Assembly: GCA_951406725.2 (NCBI GenBank)
Contig: OX597814.1
Location: forward strand, 191,394,001 to 191,458,000
DNA length: 64,000 bases
Source: Octopus vulgaris
Taxonomy: Eukaryota
Reading direction: 5' to 3'
Part shown: one piece after another, positions 37,496 to 50,402 of the stretch
How the letters are laid out: every line of letters starts with the position of its first letter
How positions within the stretch are numbered: the first letter of the stretch is position 1
Program-made: the position numbers and the translations under genes
Notes under the pieces: generated by a model
What the model saw: only the letters and a program-made list of their open reading frames with translations
Told to the model about the DNA's origin: nothing
Database searches by the model: none

Positions 37496-38165
37496 CATCA
37501 TCATCATTTAACGTCTGTTTTCCATGCTGGCATGGGTTGGAGACCGCATCAGCCTCAAATCTGATCTGGCAATGTTTCTACAGTTGGATGCCCTTCCTAA
37601 TGCCAACCAATCCAAGACTGTAGTGGGTGCTTTTTAAATGACACCGGCATGAGAGCCAGTCAGGGCGGGGGTGGATAGAGAGAAGCTGGCTGGCATCGAC
37701 CATGTTTGGATGGTGCTTTTTATGTGCCACCGGCATGGGGAGCCAGTCAGGCCGACCTAGCTGCACCCAAGCATGAATGAATGGTGCTTATCACATGCCA
37801 CCAGCACTGGTAATGGCTACAACTACAATTTCCGTTTGATTGTGATTTGATTTGATTTACTTGACTCAATGGGTCTTCTCAAACACAGAATGTCACCCGA
37901 CAATTCAAAGGTAATTTCTAAATGAGCTGCTTATGCAACACTGGTGAAAGCTGAGGCTGTAATCTCACTTTCCTTGCCGGGTCTTCATCATTGCCTCTGT
38001 GAAGCCCAATGTTCGAAGATTGGGCCTTACAGAGGCAATGATGAAGACCTGGCAAGGAAAGTGAGATCTCAATTTCACATTGCCCACCAGATAAGGGATC
38101 AAAGGATCCTGTCAAAGGCTTTCTCCAAGTCAACAAAAGCCAAGTATAGGCTTCTAGCAGTTCTC
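37496..38165 (-). mobile_element. RTE LINE 3' end with internal inversion
   Basis: LYLAFVDLEKAFDR fragment, then LRTLG.TEAM coding end running into the 3' UTR and (ATG)n tail; ~49-bp inverted repeat at 37962-38067. Confidence 0.8.
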
Positions 38166-38509
38166 AAATAATCACTACAGGTTTTTAGTATGCATTTGTT
38201 AAAATCCACTGGGTTTATAGTTATCGTAGTTGGGAAGCAATCTTCTGAAGCACATAACCAAGGAAATACAGTAATAGAGGCTGACTGAAAATGAGTGAGA
38301 ATTATTGTTTTAAGAATCAAATTTAGTTGCAACTACATGGTAGAAAAGCCATTTAATAACACACAAAGCTGTTAAATTTGAAATAGTTATACCTTAAATC
38401 ATAATAATTTAAAAAGATCAAGTATCCACCGTCTTTCCAATAACAACCTTGGGCACCTTTTTGAAATCCATATCTGACATTTGTAGGCATGCTTACAAAA
38501 TAAAAAAAT

Positions 38510-38802
38510 TAAAAAAACACAGCAGCGATGACTGTGGAAACATTTTTTCATACTCAGAATTGCTGAAGCGTGGAATAAACTACCTGCATCAATAGTTGGT
38601 TGTCAAGATACTGCAGACTTCAAAACTTCCATGCTTCCTAAAATTCACCAACAGTACACCTGATGTTGTCTCCACACTTTTTTTAAACAACTCAGTTACT
38701 GTTCATTTCTTGCACATTATTCTATGTACTGTTCATGCATTTTTGGCTACTTTTTCTGATAAGCAATAGCGCACCTGAGCACTCTATAATAATTTCATTA
38801 TT
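38510..38802 (+). mobile_element. CR1-like LINE 3' fragment
   Basis: AWNKLP motif and tail gcacctgagcact..aataatttc(att)n, also seen at 49400-49548. Confidence 0.65.
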
Positions 38803-39212
38803 ATTACCTCCACCTTAGCAAAGGCGGAGGTATTGTTTTCAGTTATGTTTATTTGTTTGTCCATGGACAAAATATCTCAAGAACCACTGGATGGATCTGG
38901 ATGAAACTTTCAGGGATGTTTGGCCTTGTGACTGGCACGAACTGATTAGATTTTGGGATCGATCCAGTACTGGATAAGAATTCTAGATTATTTTTCCTGT
39001 TTTTATTTTATTTAAGTTTTGAGAGTGGTTGGGTTCATTTTTTAATGTTCTTGTTTGTGAGAGCAGTCAAGTTTATTTTAGATATTCTTGTTTTAAAAAT
39101 AATCTCTGGCTAATCGTTTTGAAGACGTTGGGGTGAAACAACTGGTCAAGCCATAAAATAGTGTTTAAGAGATGGTCGTTTATTGGATGACTTGCACTCT
39201 CTGACTGCTCTT
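38800..39212 (+). mobile_element. Helentron-associated (HINE/DINE-like) non-autonomous element
   Basis: 5' ttattacctcc..ggaggta hairpin, (gttt)n tract, ggatctggatgaaactt core, 3' gcactctctgactgc. Confidence 0.55.
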
Positions 39213-39683
39213 TAATATTAAAATGCTAAAGGCAAAACTTGATATTTGTCCAACTGTAGAAGTCTGGCTCTATCAGTGAATCTGATTTGGAGGATTTGAA
39301 AAGGTATCATTAATATAATCAAGGTTTGATTAATTCTGAGAGTGAATTGGTAGAATTGTTAGAGTATTAGTGAAGAGAGTCTGAACAAATATTGTGAACC
39401 AGTCTCTCTGAGTTCAAATCCTACAAAGGTCAACTTTACATTTCATCAGCTTTGAGAGTGAGATCATCAGCGTATAGCAGTGTCCAGGACTGAGAACTGA
39501 GCCTACCTGTATACTAAAAACAGTGAAAAATGGAACAGGAATGAAAGGACTTGAGAGAGAGAGAGAAACAAACAAACAGACAGACAAAAAGGAAGGGAAA
39601 GATTCAGCTGAAACATTAAACCCAAAGAGTTAGCTATTAACAGGCTATAAAGACAGACAAAGTGAAAAAAGAAATTTGTTTAC

Positions 39684-39888
39684 CGTCCACTGACAGAAGC
39701 TGTACAACAATTTGAACAAACAACTGTACGTATTTCTTTTTAACTTGATATTTGTGAAGAAAACTCTCCATATAATGAAGGAAAGGCGTCAAAGATTTGT
39801 TGACAAGTTCCACACTACAATTCCGGTTATCTGTTATTAGGTAACTTAGAACATAACACACATCAAGGTTAAGCTGTTTTTCAAGAGC
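39684..39888 (-). CDS. TEX10: TEX10 coding exon 6
   Basis: tctttttcag / ALEKQLNLDVCYVLSYL...QLLSVD(G) / gtaaac; phase 0-1. Confidence 0.85.
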
Positions 39889-39950
39889 CTGAAAAAGATG
39901 GAGAGAAGACAAAAGTTAGAAGGACACACTAGTTTCAAGTTTACAGAGTC

Positions 39951-40330
39951 GGATCTTTTCACTTTGACCGGCAGATTTTTTTAATAATTTCTTTGTAACT
40001 AAAAAATTTTAAACTTTGTATACTGGTAGAATGTGTTTATAAAACATCTTTTTCTCTTGGCTTTCTTGAGAAAATTCTGTAGTTTGACACCGGAAATTAT
40101 TGTTGTTGACAACGCTCCGGAGAAATTGTTTTCACCTCAATAGACGTCATTGATTGGTTGAAATTGCTGAAATGCAAGAAAATAAACAACAAATATCTTA
40201 CAAACTACAGAATTTTCTCAAGAAAGCCAAGAGAAAAAGATGTTTTATAAACACATTCTACCAATATACAAAGTTTAAAAGTGCTTAGTTACAAAGAGAT
40301 TATTTTCTGCCAGTCAAAGCGAAAAGATCC
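39951..40330. mobile_element. Fold-back MITE with ~135-bp TIRs (GGATCTTTTC family)
   Basis: 39951-40085 is the reverse complement of about 40200-40330. Confidence 0.85.
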
Positions 40331-40991
40331 AGAGTGTCTTCAGAGAATAGCTTGAACCTTTTAATAGAAACGGCTCTGCAACCACCTCACCTTTTTTTTT
40401 TACACAAGCTTCTACTTTTAAAGTGATGTCAATTAAAACCTTTCATAAAAATTCCTTACTAATTTATGTTTGCAATGCCAGGTTGATAATGACAAAGTTA
40501 TTTTAATAAATTCGTTAATATTTTTGAAATTAATTGAAACAAAGGCAGCACAATTCAATTGAAATATGGTAATGAAAGGATTAAGGATTTGTAGACTTTC
40601 CAATGCTAACAGCCAATCAGTGGTTTCTTGGTTGTAGCTATTTCTTCGTCTTAAAGCAAAATTTTTGAGAAAAGCATGAAAGTCATCCAATAAACAATCA
40701 TCTCTTAAACATTATTTTATAGCTTGATCAGTTATTTCCCCCATAAGGTCCATAATAATAATTGTATCTTATTTAGGTCCAAGGTCAGCAAATTTGAAGG
40801 GAAAAGGTAGGTTGATACAATCGACCCCAGTACTTGACTAATACTATATCTTCACTCCAGGGAGTGAAAGACTAAGTTGACCTTGGTGGTGCTTGAACTC
40901 AGAGTGTAAAGAGCTGGAAGAAATAATACTACAAGGCATTTTATCAAATCTAACGATTCAGCCAATCCAATCCAACAACAATGGTTTCTAA

Positions 40992-41392
40992 GCGCAGCAG
41001 TGGCTGTGTGGTAAGTAGCTTGCTTACCAACCACATGGTTCCGGGTTCAGTCCCACTGCGTGGCACCTTGGGCAAGTGTCTTCTACTATAGCCTCGGGCC
41101 AACCAATGCCTTGTGAGTAGATTTGGTAGACGGAAACTGAAAGAAACTTGTCATATATATATATATATACACACACACATAGTTTGTGTGTCTGTGTTTG
41201 TCCCACCAAATTCGCTTGACAACCAATGGTGGTGTGTTTACGTCCCCGTAACTTAGCGGTTCTGCAAAAGGGACCAATAGAATAAGTACTAGGCTTACAA
41301 AGAATAAGTCCTAGGGTCGATTTGCTTGACTAAAGGTGGTGCTCCAGCATGGCCGCAGTCAAATGACTAAAACAAATAAAATAATAAAAGAA
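40992..41392 (+). mobile_element. SINE family A, full length
   Basis: Same head, microsatellite and tail as the 9021 copy. Confidence 0.9.
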
Positions 41393-42208
41393 TAACATTG
41401 ACACAAGGCTACACAATTTGGATAACTTAAGAAATGATTAAATCAACTTGACTGGAATTTATTTTATTGATGCTGGAAGGATGAAAGGAATAAAAAAAAG
41501 AATTTGATTACAACAAAATCAAAACATAAAGGGATGTATGCAAATACCACCAGTTATTTTGCCCAGTATTTTACTAATTCGGATCATTTCTGTTTGGCTG
41601 CCACTTTTCAATTTCTTCAACTTTTATTACAATTGATTTCATATTTGATGTGTTCATGTAGTTTTGTATGGTAATCATTGACATGAAATTTATTTTCACT
41701 ATAACTCAATAACTAGAGTCATAGACAGGTTATCTATGACTGGCATAAGTTGTCAGGTCACTTGTGAGATCTCTCATGAGCACTACAGGTAACATGATAT
41801 CCAATACAGCTTTTTGCATGGTTGGCTTGTCAGCAACTAAATTGGCACCCACAATAGGCTAGGCTGGTGAAGAGGGTTGCTAGAAATCCTGCAGGACTAA
41901 AAACAAGACATGTCAAAAGGACAGATGAACCTAACGTGGGTTCAGCCATTATCTATCAATAGCACCAGCCATCAGAAATTCCGGGGTCAGTGTCCAGCAT
42001 GCTGGAAGACCACCGAGAGTGAGGCACCCCTTAGCTTTTGTACAGACATGACTTTAGAACTTGCTTCAAACCCAGGCTACACCTGCTCTGACAATTGACG
42101 GTGATTTGGTCAGTGAATCCTCAGTGACAGTTGACAATTGGTGGCAAGATGAGCTGCTATGGATCATACTATCCAAAAGAGTGGGTATGCATGTGACTAG
42201 AGGCCACG

Positions 42209-42672
42209 TCATCATCATTTAACATCTGTTTTCCATGCTAGCATGGGTTAGACGGTTTGACTGGGGTCTGGGAAGCTATGAGGCTGCACCAGGCTCCAGT
42301 CTGATCTGGCAGTGTTTCTACAGCTGGATGCCCTTTCTAATGCCAACCACTCAAAGAATGTAGTGGGTGTTTTTTTATGTGCCACTGGCACAAGGGCAAG
42401 GGGGGCTGGCAAACGGCCACAATCAGTCGGTGCTTTTTATGTGTCACCGACACGGACGCCAGTCAGGCAGCGCTGGCATCAGCCATGTTCGGATGGTGCT
42501 TTTTATGTGCCACCAGCACAGGGGCCAGAGGGGGCTGGCAAACAGCCACAATCGGTTGGTGCTTTTTATGTGTCACCGACACAGACGCCAGTCAGGCGGC
42601 ACTGGCATCAGCCACGTTTGGATGGTGCTTTTTACGTGTCACCGGCACGGGTATCATAACTACAATTTCCAC
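42209..42672 (-). mobile_element. RTE 3' UTR fragment with internal tandem subrepeats
   Basis: (CAT)n tail on +; repeated ~60-bp units containing ggtgctttttatgtgccacc. Confidence 0.8.
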
Positions 42673-43062
42673 ATGTATTCCCACTGAAACTCCAAACATT
42701 CGTTGGTCGGAACCAGCTCAACCTACTGTAGGTGAATGCCACTATAAGTACATGACCGACATAGAAATTCATCACAATGATGAGTTTATTAGCTGCAGGA
42801 AGAAAGGCACTTACCTAGCTGTGAAAACAATTGTTGCAACAAGTAAACCATAAACCAACTATGTAATACAAGAAAAATGGGAAATAAAACAATGAGGAAC
42901 CATAGAAAGGGTTTTGTAATAAAGTAGAGGATGAAGTAACAGAAAAGATTTTGTAAAGTACAGAATGAGAGAAGAAAGGAAAACAGGGAAAGGTCTAGGT
43001 ACATGCCAAGGACAAAACAAGACAAAAAGAGTAAAAAAATAACAATGAAAAAATCTACTCAC

Positions 43063-43212
43063 TAGATTTTGTGCATCTTTTGCATTATTCAGTGAGGAAT
43101 TGTGAGGCTGATCTACAAATTGGAAGTCATCATTTGTGTAGGTACTATAAGGGAAGACTGTCATAATTCGCTGAACCATCTCAGTACCGTAGGTTTTCAC
43201 TAACCAGCCACG
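43063..43212 (-). CDS. TEX10: TEX10 coding exon 5
   Basis: tctattacag / RGWLVKTYGTEMVQRIMTVFPY...DAQNL / gtgagt; phase 0-0; WL..Y....F....FPY-type motif of TEX10. Confidence 0.88.
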
Positions 43213-44032
43213 CTGTAATAGAAATAGGTTAAGTTGCTTGTCAGAATAAACTATCACCATTGTTTAAATGTCCACTTTTCCATATTTGCATGGGTGAGAT
43301 GTAATTCACTGAGACAGATTTTCTATGGCGGGATGCCTTTCCTGTCATCAACCCTCACTGGTTTCCAAGTAAGGTAATACACAGCCATGGCCAGACATGT
43401 TTTCACAGAAGATAAGAAACGCAGGACACCACTTGAATGATACAGTTTGTTTACAATGGTCATGTGATGTCAAGACAAGGAGACACTAATACACACAATG
43501 AGCTTCTTTCAGTTTCCGGTTACCAAATCAACTTACAACGCTTTGGTATAAGATATTTACCCAAGGTACAGTGCAGTGGGACCGGACCCCCAAACCGTAT
43601 GGTCGGGAAGCAGACTCCTCAACCACATATTCACACTTGCATCTATGTGTGTGTGTGTGTGTGTGTGTGTACGTGTGGATATGCATGTCTGTGTGTTTGT
43701 TTGTTTACATCTGCAATCACTTGTATGAAAATATGGCATTCAGATTTATTTTTTTTATAGAAATTACTAAAGATGGTGAGGAGTTACGTAATGAAATTCT
43801 ATTGCACCTTGGTGCATCATCACTCTTGTCTCTATTCACTGATACTACAATGTCCCAGACATATTCGAATCTCTCCAAACCATATGGTTCCAGGTTTAGA
43901 TCCACTGTGTGGCACCTTGGGCAAGCGTCTTCCACTACAGCTTCATGGCGATCAAAGCCTTGTGAACTGAATGGATTTGGTATATATAGATATATATATC
44001 AAATAAAATCAAAAACAGAACACAAAGATATC

Positions 44033-44123
44033 GCGGTACACGTGTTTCAAGCTTTATAAACAACCCGTTCTTACATCAGTGTATAATTGATATAAAAGAT
44101 GGTTTAAAGCTCTCTTCAGCCGC
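44033..44123 (-). ncRNA. Type-I hammerhead ribozyme motif with intact catalytic core
   Basis: GCGG-CUGAAGA-GAGCUUUA...UAAAGCUU-GAAA-CACGUG-UA-CCGC on the minus strand. Confidence 0.75.
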
Positions 44124-44183
44124 AAACATTGTTATTCAAAGAGTATATATATATATATACATACACACACACATATATATATA

Positions 44184-45473
44184 TCAGTTGAATAAAGTTA
44201 AAACATGGTCTGGTTTTCATGTTTGTTATTATGGTTTCTACAAAAAAAAAAAATTTTGTAATGTTCATAAAGTTCAATTAGCACTTTCATATATTCGGAG
44301 TAATCATCAGATTTCAAAATGTATTTAACTGTCAGTTGAGTCCATGACAACTTGTACTAAAATGATTGACTTCTTCATTTTTGCACCTCTTAGAAGGCTC
44401 TAACAAGCTGAATTTTTGGAATATAGTTTTGACTAATCAAAACAAATCCAGAACACTAATGTTTGCCAAATTCCATTGAGCGAACATATAGAAACATGTG
44501 GTCAGAAAATGCTTCTAATTTTTCCTTTCCACAAACTGCATGACCACAAGTGAGGTTGGAAGAAAGATAAAAGAAAAACGGTTCATTAAAATGTTCAAAC
44601 CTGTTCTGAATGGAAATAACAACAATAATATAACAACCAGTTAATGAATATAAACAAATTACAGACGACTCCCACCAACTAAGTTTGTTCACTCATAAAA
44701 CCATTACATGCGAACCACAAGCTAATTGGTTAAAATACAGGTGAGATCTATGCCAGTAATATTGGTACGCCTTGGCAATGACATTTCACCTGCATGTGGA
44801 TTGGTCAAATTCATCTTCTTGGAGCCTTCTAAGAGGTATAAAGAGAAAGAAGCCAGTCATTTTTGTACAGTTGTCAAGAACTCAACTATCAGTTAAGTAT
44901 ATTTTGAAATCTACTGACTATTTTGGAAGCACTCCGTCGGTTACGACGATGAGGGTTCCGGTTGATCTGAATCAACGGAACAGCCTGCTCGTGAAATTAA
45001 CGTGTAAGTGGCTGAGCACTCCACAGATACGTGCACCCTTAACGTAGTTCTCGGGGATATTCAGCGTGACACAGAGAGTGACAAGGCCGGCCCTTTGAAA
45101 TACAGGTACAACAGAAACAGGAAGTAAGAGTGAGAGAAAGTTGTGGTGAAAGAGTACAGCAGGGATCACCACCATCCCCTGCCGGAGCCTCGTGGAGCTT
45201 TAGGTGTTTTCGCTCAATAAACACTCACAACGCCCGGTCTGGGTATCGAAACCGCGATCCTACGACCGCGAGTTCGCTGCCCTAACCACTGGGCCATTGC
45301 ACCTCCACTGACTATTACAAACATATGAAAGTGCCAATTGAACTTTATGAATATAACAAAATATTTTTTTTAATGTTTAATACACTTCAGCATTGTATAG
45401 AAATTTGTACACTTTTTAAATACCATAATATAAAACTTGAAAACCAGACCATGTTTTAATTTTATTCAACTGA
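44184..45473. mobile_element. TA-flanked fold-back DNA element with ~230-bp TIRs
   Basis: tcagttgaataaa / tttattcaactga ends; 44184-44415 is inverted relative to 44806-44922 plus 45307-45473; a SINE interrupts the right TIR. Confidence 0.78.
44923..45306 (-). mobile_element. Mosaic SINE (family D head plus family C tail)
   Basis: TSD actgactatt at 44913-44922 and 45307-45316. Confidence 0.9.
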
Positions 45474-45562
45474 TATATTATTCTATACACATTTACACAA
45501 ATTTGGAGGAAAATAAAATAAATGAAATGATTGTTTATTATTTGAATTAACTATATATATAT

Positions 45563-45723
45563 AAGGAGTGGCTGTGTGGTAAGTAGCTTGCTTACCAGCC
45601 ACATGGTTCCCGAGTTCAATCCCACTGCATGGCACCTGGGGCAAGTATCTTCTATAGCCTCAGGCCAACCAAAGCCTTGTGAGTGGATTTGGTAGACAGA
45701 AACTGAAAGAAGCCCGTCGCATG

Positions 45724-45768
<45 letters not shown>

Positions 45769-45955
45769 TTGTCCCACCAACATCGCTTGACAACCGATGC
45801 TGGTGTGTTTACGGCCCCGTGACTTAGCAGTTCGGCAAAAGAGACCGATAGAATAAGTACTAGGCTTACAAAGAATAAATCTTGGGGTCAATTTGCTCGA
45901 CTAAAGGTGGTATGGCTGCAGTCAAATGACTGAAACAAGTAAAAGAATAAAAGAA
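45563..45955 (+). mobile_element. SINE family A
   Basis: Colinear with 40992-41392. Confidence 0.9.
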
Positions 45956-46007
45956 TATATAAATATATCTATATATACACACATATATAAATATACATAT
46001 ATATATA

Positions 46008-47231
46008 CAGCATTTAGACAAAATAATGGAAACACCTTAAAATTTCAAAAAAATATATTTTAATATGGGGTTGGACTGCTTTTGGCAGTAATTACAGCTT
46101 GAATTCTATGGACTCATACAAAGTCTGAATTTTTGTCCATTCTTCAGCTAAAACAAGTCTCCAGTTCTTGTAGTGATGATGGTGGAGGATATCAACACCT
46201 TACTTGCTTTTCTAAAATGCACCATAAATGTTCAATAATATTGAAATCTGGGGATTGTGGTGGCCAGATGAGATGTTCACCTTCACTAAAATGTTCCTCG
46301 TGCCATTCAGTAACAACTTAAGCTGTGTGAATTGGTGCATTATCCTCCTGAAAGATCGAGTTTCCTCCAGAAACAGTTCTGTAACCATAGGATGAATTCG
46401 ATCAGATAAAGTGCTTAAATAGTCTTGACTATTAATTCTGCAATGAAGGGAAACCATTGGGCCGGTGGATTTCCAAGATATAGACCCCCAGATCATCACA
46501 GATCCTCCTCCATGTTTAACATTTGGAAGAAGGCAGTTTAGGTCAAATGCTTCTTTTGGCTGTCTCCAAAAGTATACTCAGCTGGTGGTCGGAATTAAGG
46601 TAAAGGATGACTTGTCTGAGAAAATAACATTCTTCCACTGCTCTAGGGACCAATTCTATAGGTTTTTATTCCACTCACTTTTGAAAGTGGTGGTTTTCTG
46701 ATTGCAGGCCTCCCATGAAATCTGGCTTTGTGCAGCTCCTGGCAAACAGTTTCTGTGGAAACTGGGTTCTCGAGGTGGTCATTAAGCCCTGCAGTAATTT
46801 TGAGAGCTGTACTTTTGTGATCCTTTCTAACAATTCATGTAAAAGTCCAATGGTCCCTATCTGAAAGTTTTAGTTTTCTTCCGGAGTTCTGTTTTAACGA
46901 AGAGGTTTTTCCCTCTTTCTCAAAGGCTGTCATTACTTTCGAGACAGTACTTCTTGATACACCAAACATTTTGGCTGTTTTCATTACGCTAGTGCCTGCC
47001 ATTCGAGCACCAACAATTTGACCTCTTTGAAAGTCCAATAGATCTATCGTTTTAATGAATTTTAATTACTTTTTTCTAATAATATCTGAAAACAAACAGC
47101 AATTTTAGCAAAGCATATTAAGCAACACTAATAATAAATCAAAAAACATAAAAATAAACAAGATTTCGATGGTTTTATAGATATTTCAAAATTATGATGC
47201 TAGGTGTTTCCATTATTTTGTCAAACCCTTG
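46008..47231 (-). mobile_element. Tc1/mariner transposon relic with disrupted transposase
   Basis: TIRs gacaaaataatggaaacacct / aggtgtttccattattttgtc, TA flanks; HTH DFQRGQIVGARMAG, VMIWGSIS, FQEDNAPIH and WPPQSPDFNIIEHLW across frameshifts. Confidence 0.92.
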
Positions 47232-47308
47232 TATCTATCTATACCTATCTATACACCTGTCTGCCTATATATGTGTGTGTGTGTGTATAGGCACAAGAGT
47301 GGCTGTGT

Positions 47309-47354
<46 letters not shown>

Positions 47355-48482
47355 GCTTATTTCAATTTCCATCTACCAAATCCACTCACAAGGCTTTGGT
47401 CGGCCCTAGGTTATAGTAGAAGACTCTTGCCCAAGGTGCTATGCAGTGGGACTGAACCCAGAACCATGTGGTGGGTAAGCATTGTGCCCAACATGCTAAC
47501 AATCTTGCCAGCTTGCTGTCCTATATCAATATCAATGCAGTGATATTAAAAGATCAAACAATGACATTCTATTTTACTAATTGTTTGTGACGAGACAGAG
47601 ACAGAAACTGGAGACTGACCGGTTAATGATAAAGTTGAAAACGTTCAGAAAAAGTTTCTAAGTTAAACTGGTTTGTAGTAGTAATTCACACAGAGAACCG
47701 ATACAAGTGTCACTTCGGCGAAGAGATACAATGATAGCGTGAGAATTTCACAACTTCAGTGTTCTTTGTACCAGCTTTGCTGAGATGATTGCATGTGAAT
47801 TATTTTGATTGATATATCCTGGCTTACTTCATGCACAGCCACTCCAGGATATTACAACAAAGAAAAAGAAAAGGAATACCATGGTACCAGTGGTTAATTT
47901 CAAAATATTTGCTCCAGTCCACATGAAGGAGTGCTGTTTTGTTTCTGTGTCTATTCTATCACTATCATAATAGCATTTGTAGGTGACTGGTCTCACCTGT
48001 CCTTCCACCTTTCACTATATTTGTTACATCTACCCGCACTCCATCTCCTCTGTACTAACTGTTATGCCCAATACTTTTTTGCCCCAGAACACTAGCTCTC
48101 TGAAAATCCCCTCTTAGGCCACGTTGACCTTCAACAGTTTAAAAGGAACATTGAAATGCATAAGCTCAATAGTTTTAGGTCATAAGCATTTCTCCTCCTT
48201 TCAAACTTAGCAAATAAACAAAAATATAAAATTTGTAATCACCATTAAAAAAGAACACAAAAACAACCCATGAGAAAAGGAAAGATAAGTAGAGTAATTT
48301 GGTGAAAGCAAATCATCTAAAACAAATTGTGACTCACATCACCATTATTAATTATTTTATGTTTATTTTCCATGCTGGTATAGGCTGCATAGTTTGATGG
48401 AGTTCAATGACCTTCAGAGCTGCATGAGGGTTCAAACTTAGCTTTGGCATGGTTTCTACAGATGGATGCCCTTCCTGATACC

Positions 48483-48710
48483 TATTTCTTTACTACCAAC
48501 ACGGGGCTAAACACAGAGGAGACAATCAAGGACAGACAAACGGATTAAATCGAGTATATCGACCCCAGTGCGTAACTTGTACTTAATTTATCAACCCCGA
48601 AAGGATGAAAGGCAAAGTCGACCTCGGCGGAATTTGAACTCAGAACATTACGGCAGACGAAATACCGCTAAGCATTTCACCCGGTGTGCTAACAATTCTG
48701 CCAGTTCGCC
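48483..48710 (-). mobile_element. SINE family B in an RTE 3' UTR fragment
   Basis: 15-bp TSD gcccttcctgatacc at 48468-48482 and 48711-48725. Confidence 0.9.
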
Positions 48711-48848
48711 GCCCTTCCTGATACCAACCATGTTACAGTGTGTACTGGGTGGTTTTGTTCATGATACTGGCACAAGTGAGGTCACCAAGTGACTCACAGG
48801 ATAAAGTAAAGAAAGGGAAAAGCCATCTCAACTGAGTGGGAATGTATT

Positions 48849-49069
48849 TATTTCTTTATTGCCCACAAGGGGCTAAACATAGAGGAAACAAACAAGGGGA
48901 TTAAGTTGATTAGATAGACCCCAGTGCGTAACTGGTACTTATATAATCAACCCCAAAACGATGAAAGGCAAAGTTGACCTCGACGGAATTTGAACTCAGA
49001 ACATAGCAGCAGACGAAATACTGCTAAGCATTTCGCCTGGTGTGTTAACAATTCTGCCAGCTCGCTGCC
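48849..49069 (-). mobile_element. SINE family B
   Basis: TSD ctga(g/a)tgggaatgtattt. Confidence 0.88.
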
Positions 49070-49240
49070 CTGAATGGGAATGTATTTGAGAGACTAAAGT
49101 GTGACAGAGGGACAAGTGAGGGTGGGCGAGAGTAGCTGGAAGGGAGATAAAGATGGGGCTGCCAGGCTGCAAGAGCATACTTCCAAAGTACAAGAAGTGA
49201 AATTAAGAAATCTTTAGTATTACTATAAACAAGCACTTAC

Positions 49241-49350
49241 CATTTCTATGTTATCCAACTGTTTAGTTAAGTCAATGTACTGACATATGAGTTTTAATAA
49301 CTCAGCCAAAGTAGCCAACACTGGTAGCGACTCTATGGAAATAGGAGACT
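49241..49350 (-). CDS. TEX10: TEX10 coding exon 4
   Basis: tctatttcag / (E)SPISIESLPVLATLAELLKLICQYIDLTKQLDNIEM / gtaagt; phase 1-0. Confidence 0.85.
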
Positions 49351-50028
49351 CTGAAATAGAAATATAAAGCATCAACAGATTATATTCTATCCCTGGTATC
49401 TGACTCAAACACTGTTCACGTATCTGACTCATACACTGTTCGCTTTCCAGACATTTGTACATTACTGCATATACTTTATACGCACTTTTTGACAAGTTGT
49501 GGTGCACCTGAGCACTGTATACAATAATTTCATTATTATTATTATTATCTTATTTTAAATATTTTAACAAAAACGTAAAATATTAGGTAAACTCTGGAAT
49601 CTAAGTGAAATGGTGACAGTCTGCATGGATGAAGATTTAGTCAATCCAGTCGGGTGTCCAACGTAACGCTTCCATGCCAGATATCTCATATAAAGAGGCA
49701 TGACTGCCTGGCTTAGGTTTTAGTTATACAGGTCTTTTGATGAAATATGCTATGACTACAGATGATAGCAGTCATTTCTTAACTGAATTGGCTGATCTTG
49801 GCCCTTGACAGTTCATTTGCTCAGCATCTAGTGATATTCACCATCCACTCAATAAGTTCATCGGCCAAAACAGTTCACATCTACCACGCTGCATCCCACA
49901 ACTTCAACATATCCTAGCTTGGGTGGTTACATGCTATTTCACCCATAGATGGGACCCTCACAGCTGCTACCACTCTAGATCAGAGTTTACTTGGGAAAAA
50001 TAGTGGCTAAGAGGTGGTTCCACACTCT

Positions 50029-50259
50029 TTAAACCCTTCAGCATTTAAACTGGCCATATCCGGCCAAAATATTCTCCCCTGTTTTATGTCCAAATTGGCC
50101 AGATCTGGCCTCTCACACCAGTCCTACAATGTCATTCTAAAAAATGAATAATTACTTCATCAAAATCTCAAAGCTACAAGATAATGCAGGATTAATTTAA
50201 AACAATGTGAATAAATAAGCATTACTTTTGATAGAATAATGCAAATACTAAAGGGTGAA
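50029..50259. mobile_element. Second TTAA-type MITE family
   Basis: Colinear with 59352-59577; other fragments at 26737-27150, 32632-32835 and 56766-57150. Confidence 0.7.
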
Positions 50260-50402
50260 AACCCTGGAACTTCTGAACTAGGGTCCCACTACTGGACACA
50301 GTTTAAAGTCAACAAACTGTCATGGAAAAGTTGGATAGGATCAATGAAATATTATAGGTAGGACTCAAGACTTGTTTGTTCAAACTTCAAACTCAATAAA
50401 AT

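Noticed and set aside
44456-44606. Exon-like segment NRFEHFNEPFF... on the minus strand
   Set aside because: Lies inside a TIR element, lacks a good donor, and TEX10 exons 4 and 5 already join in frame.
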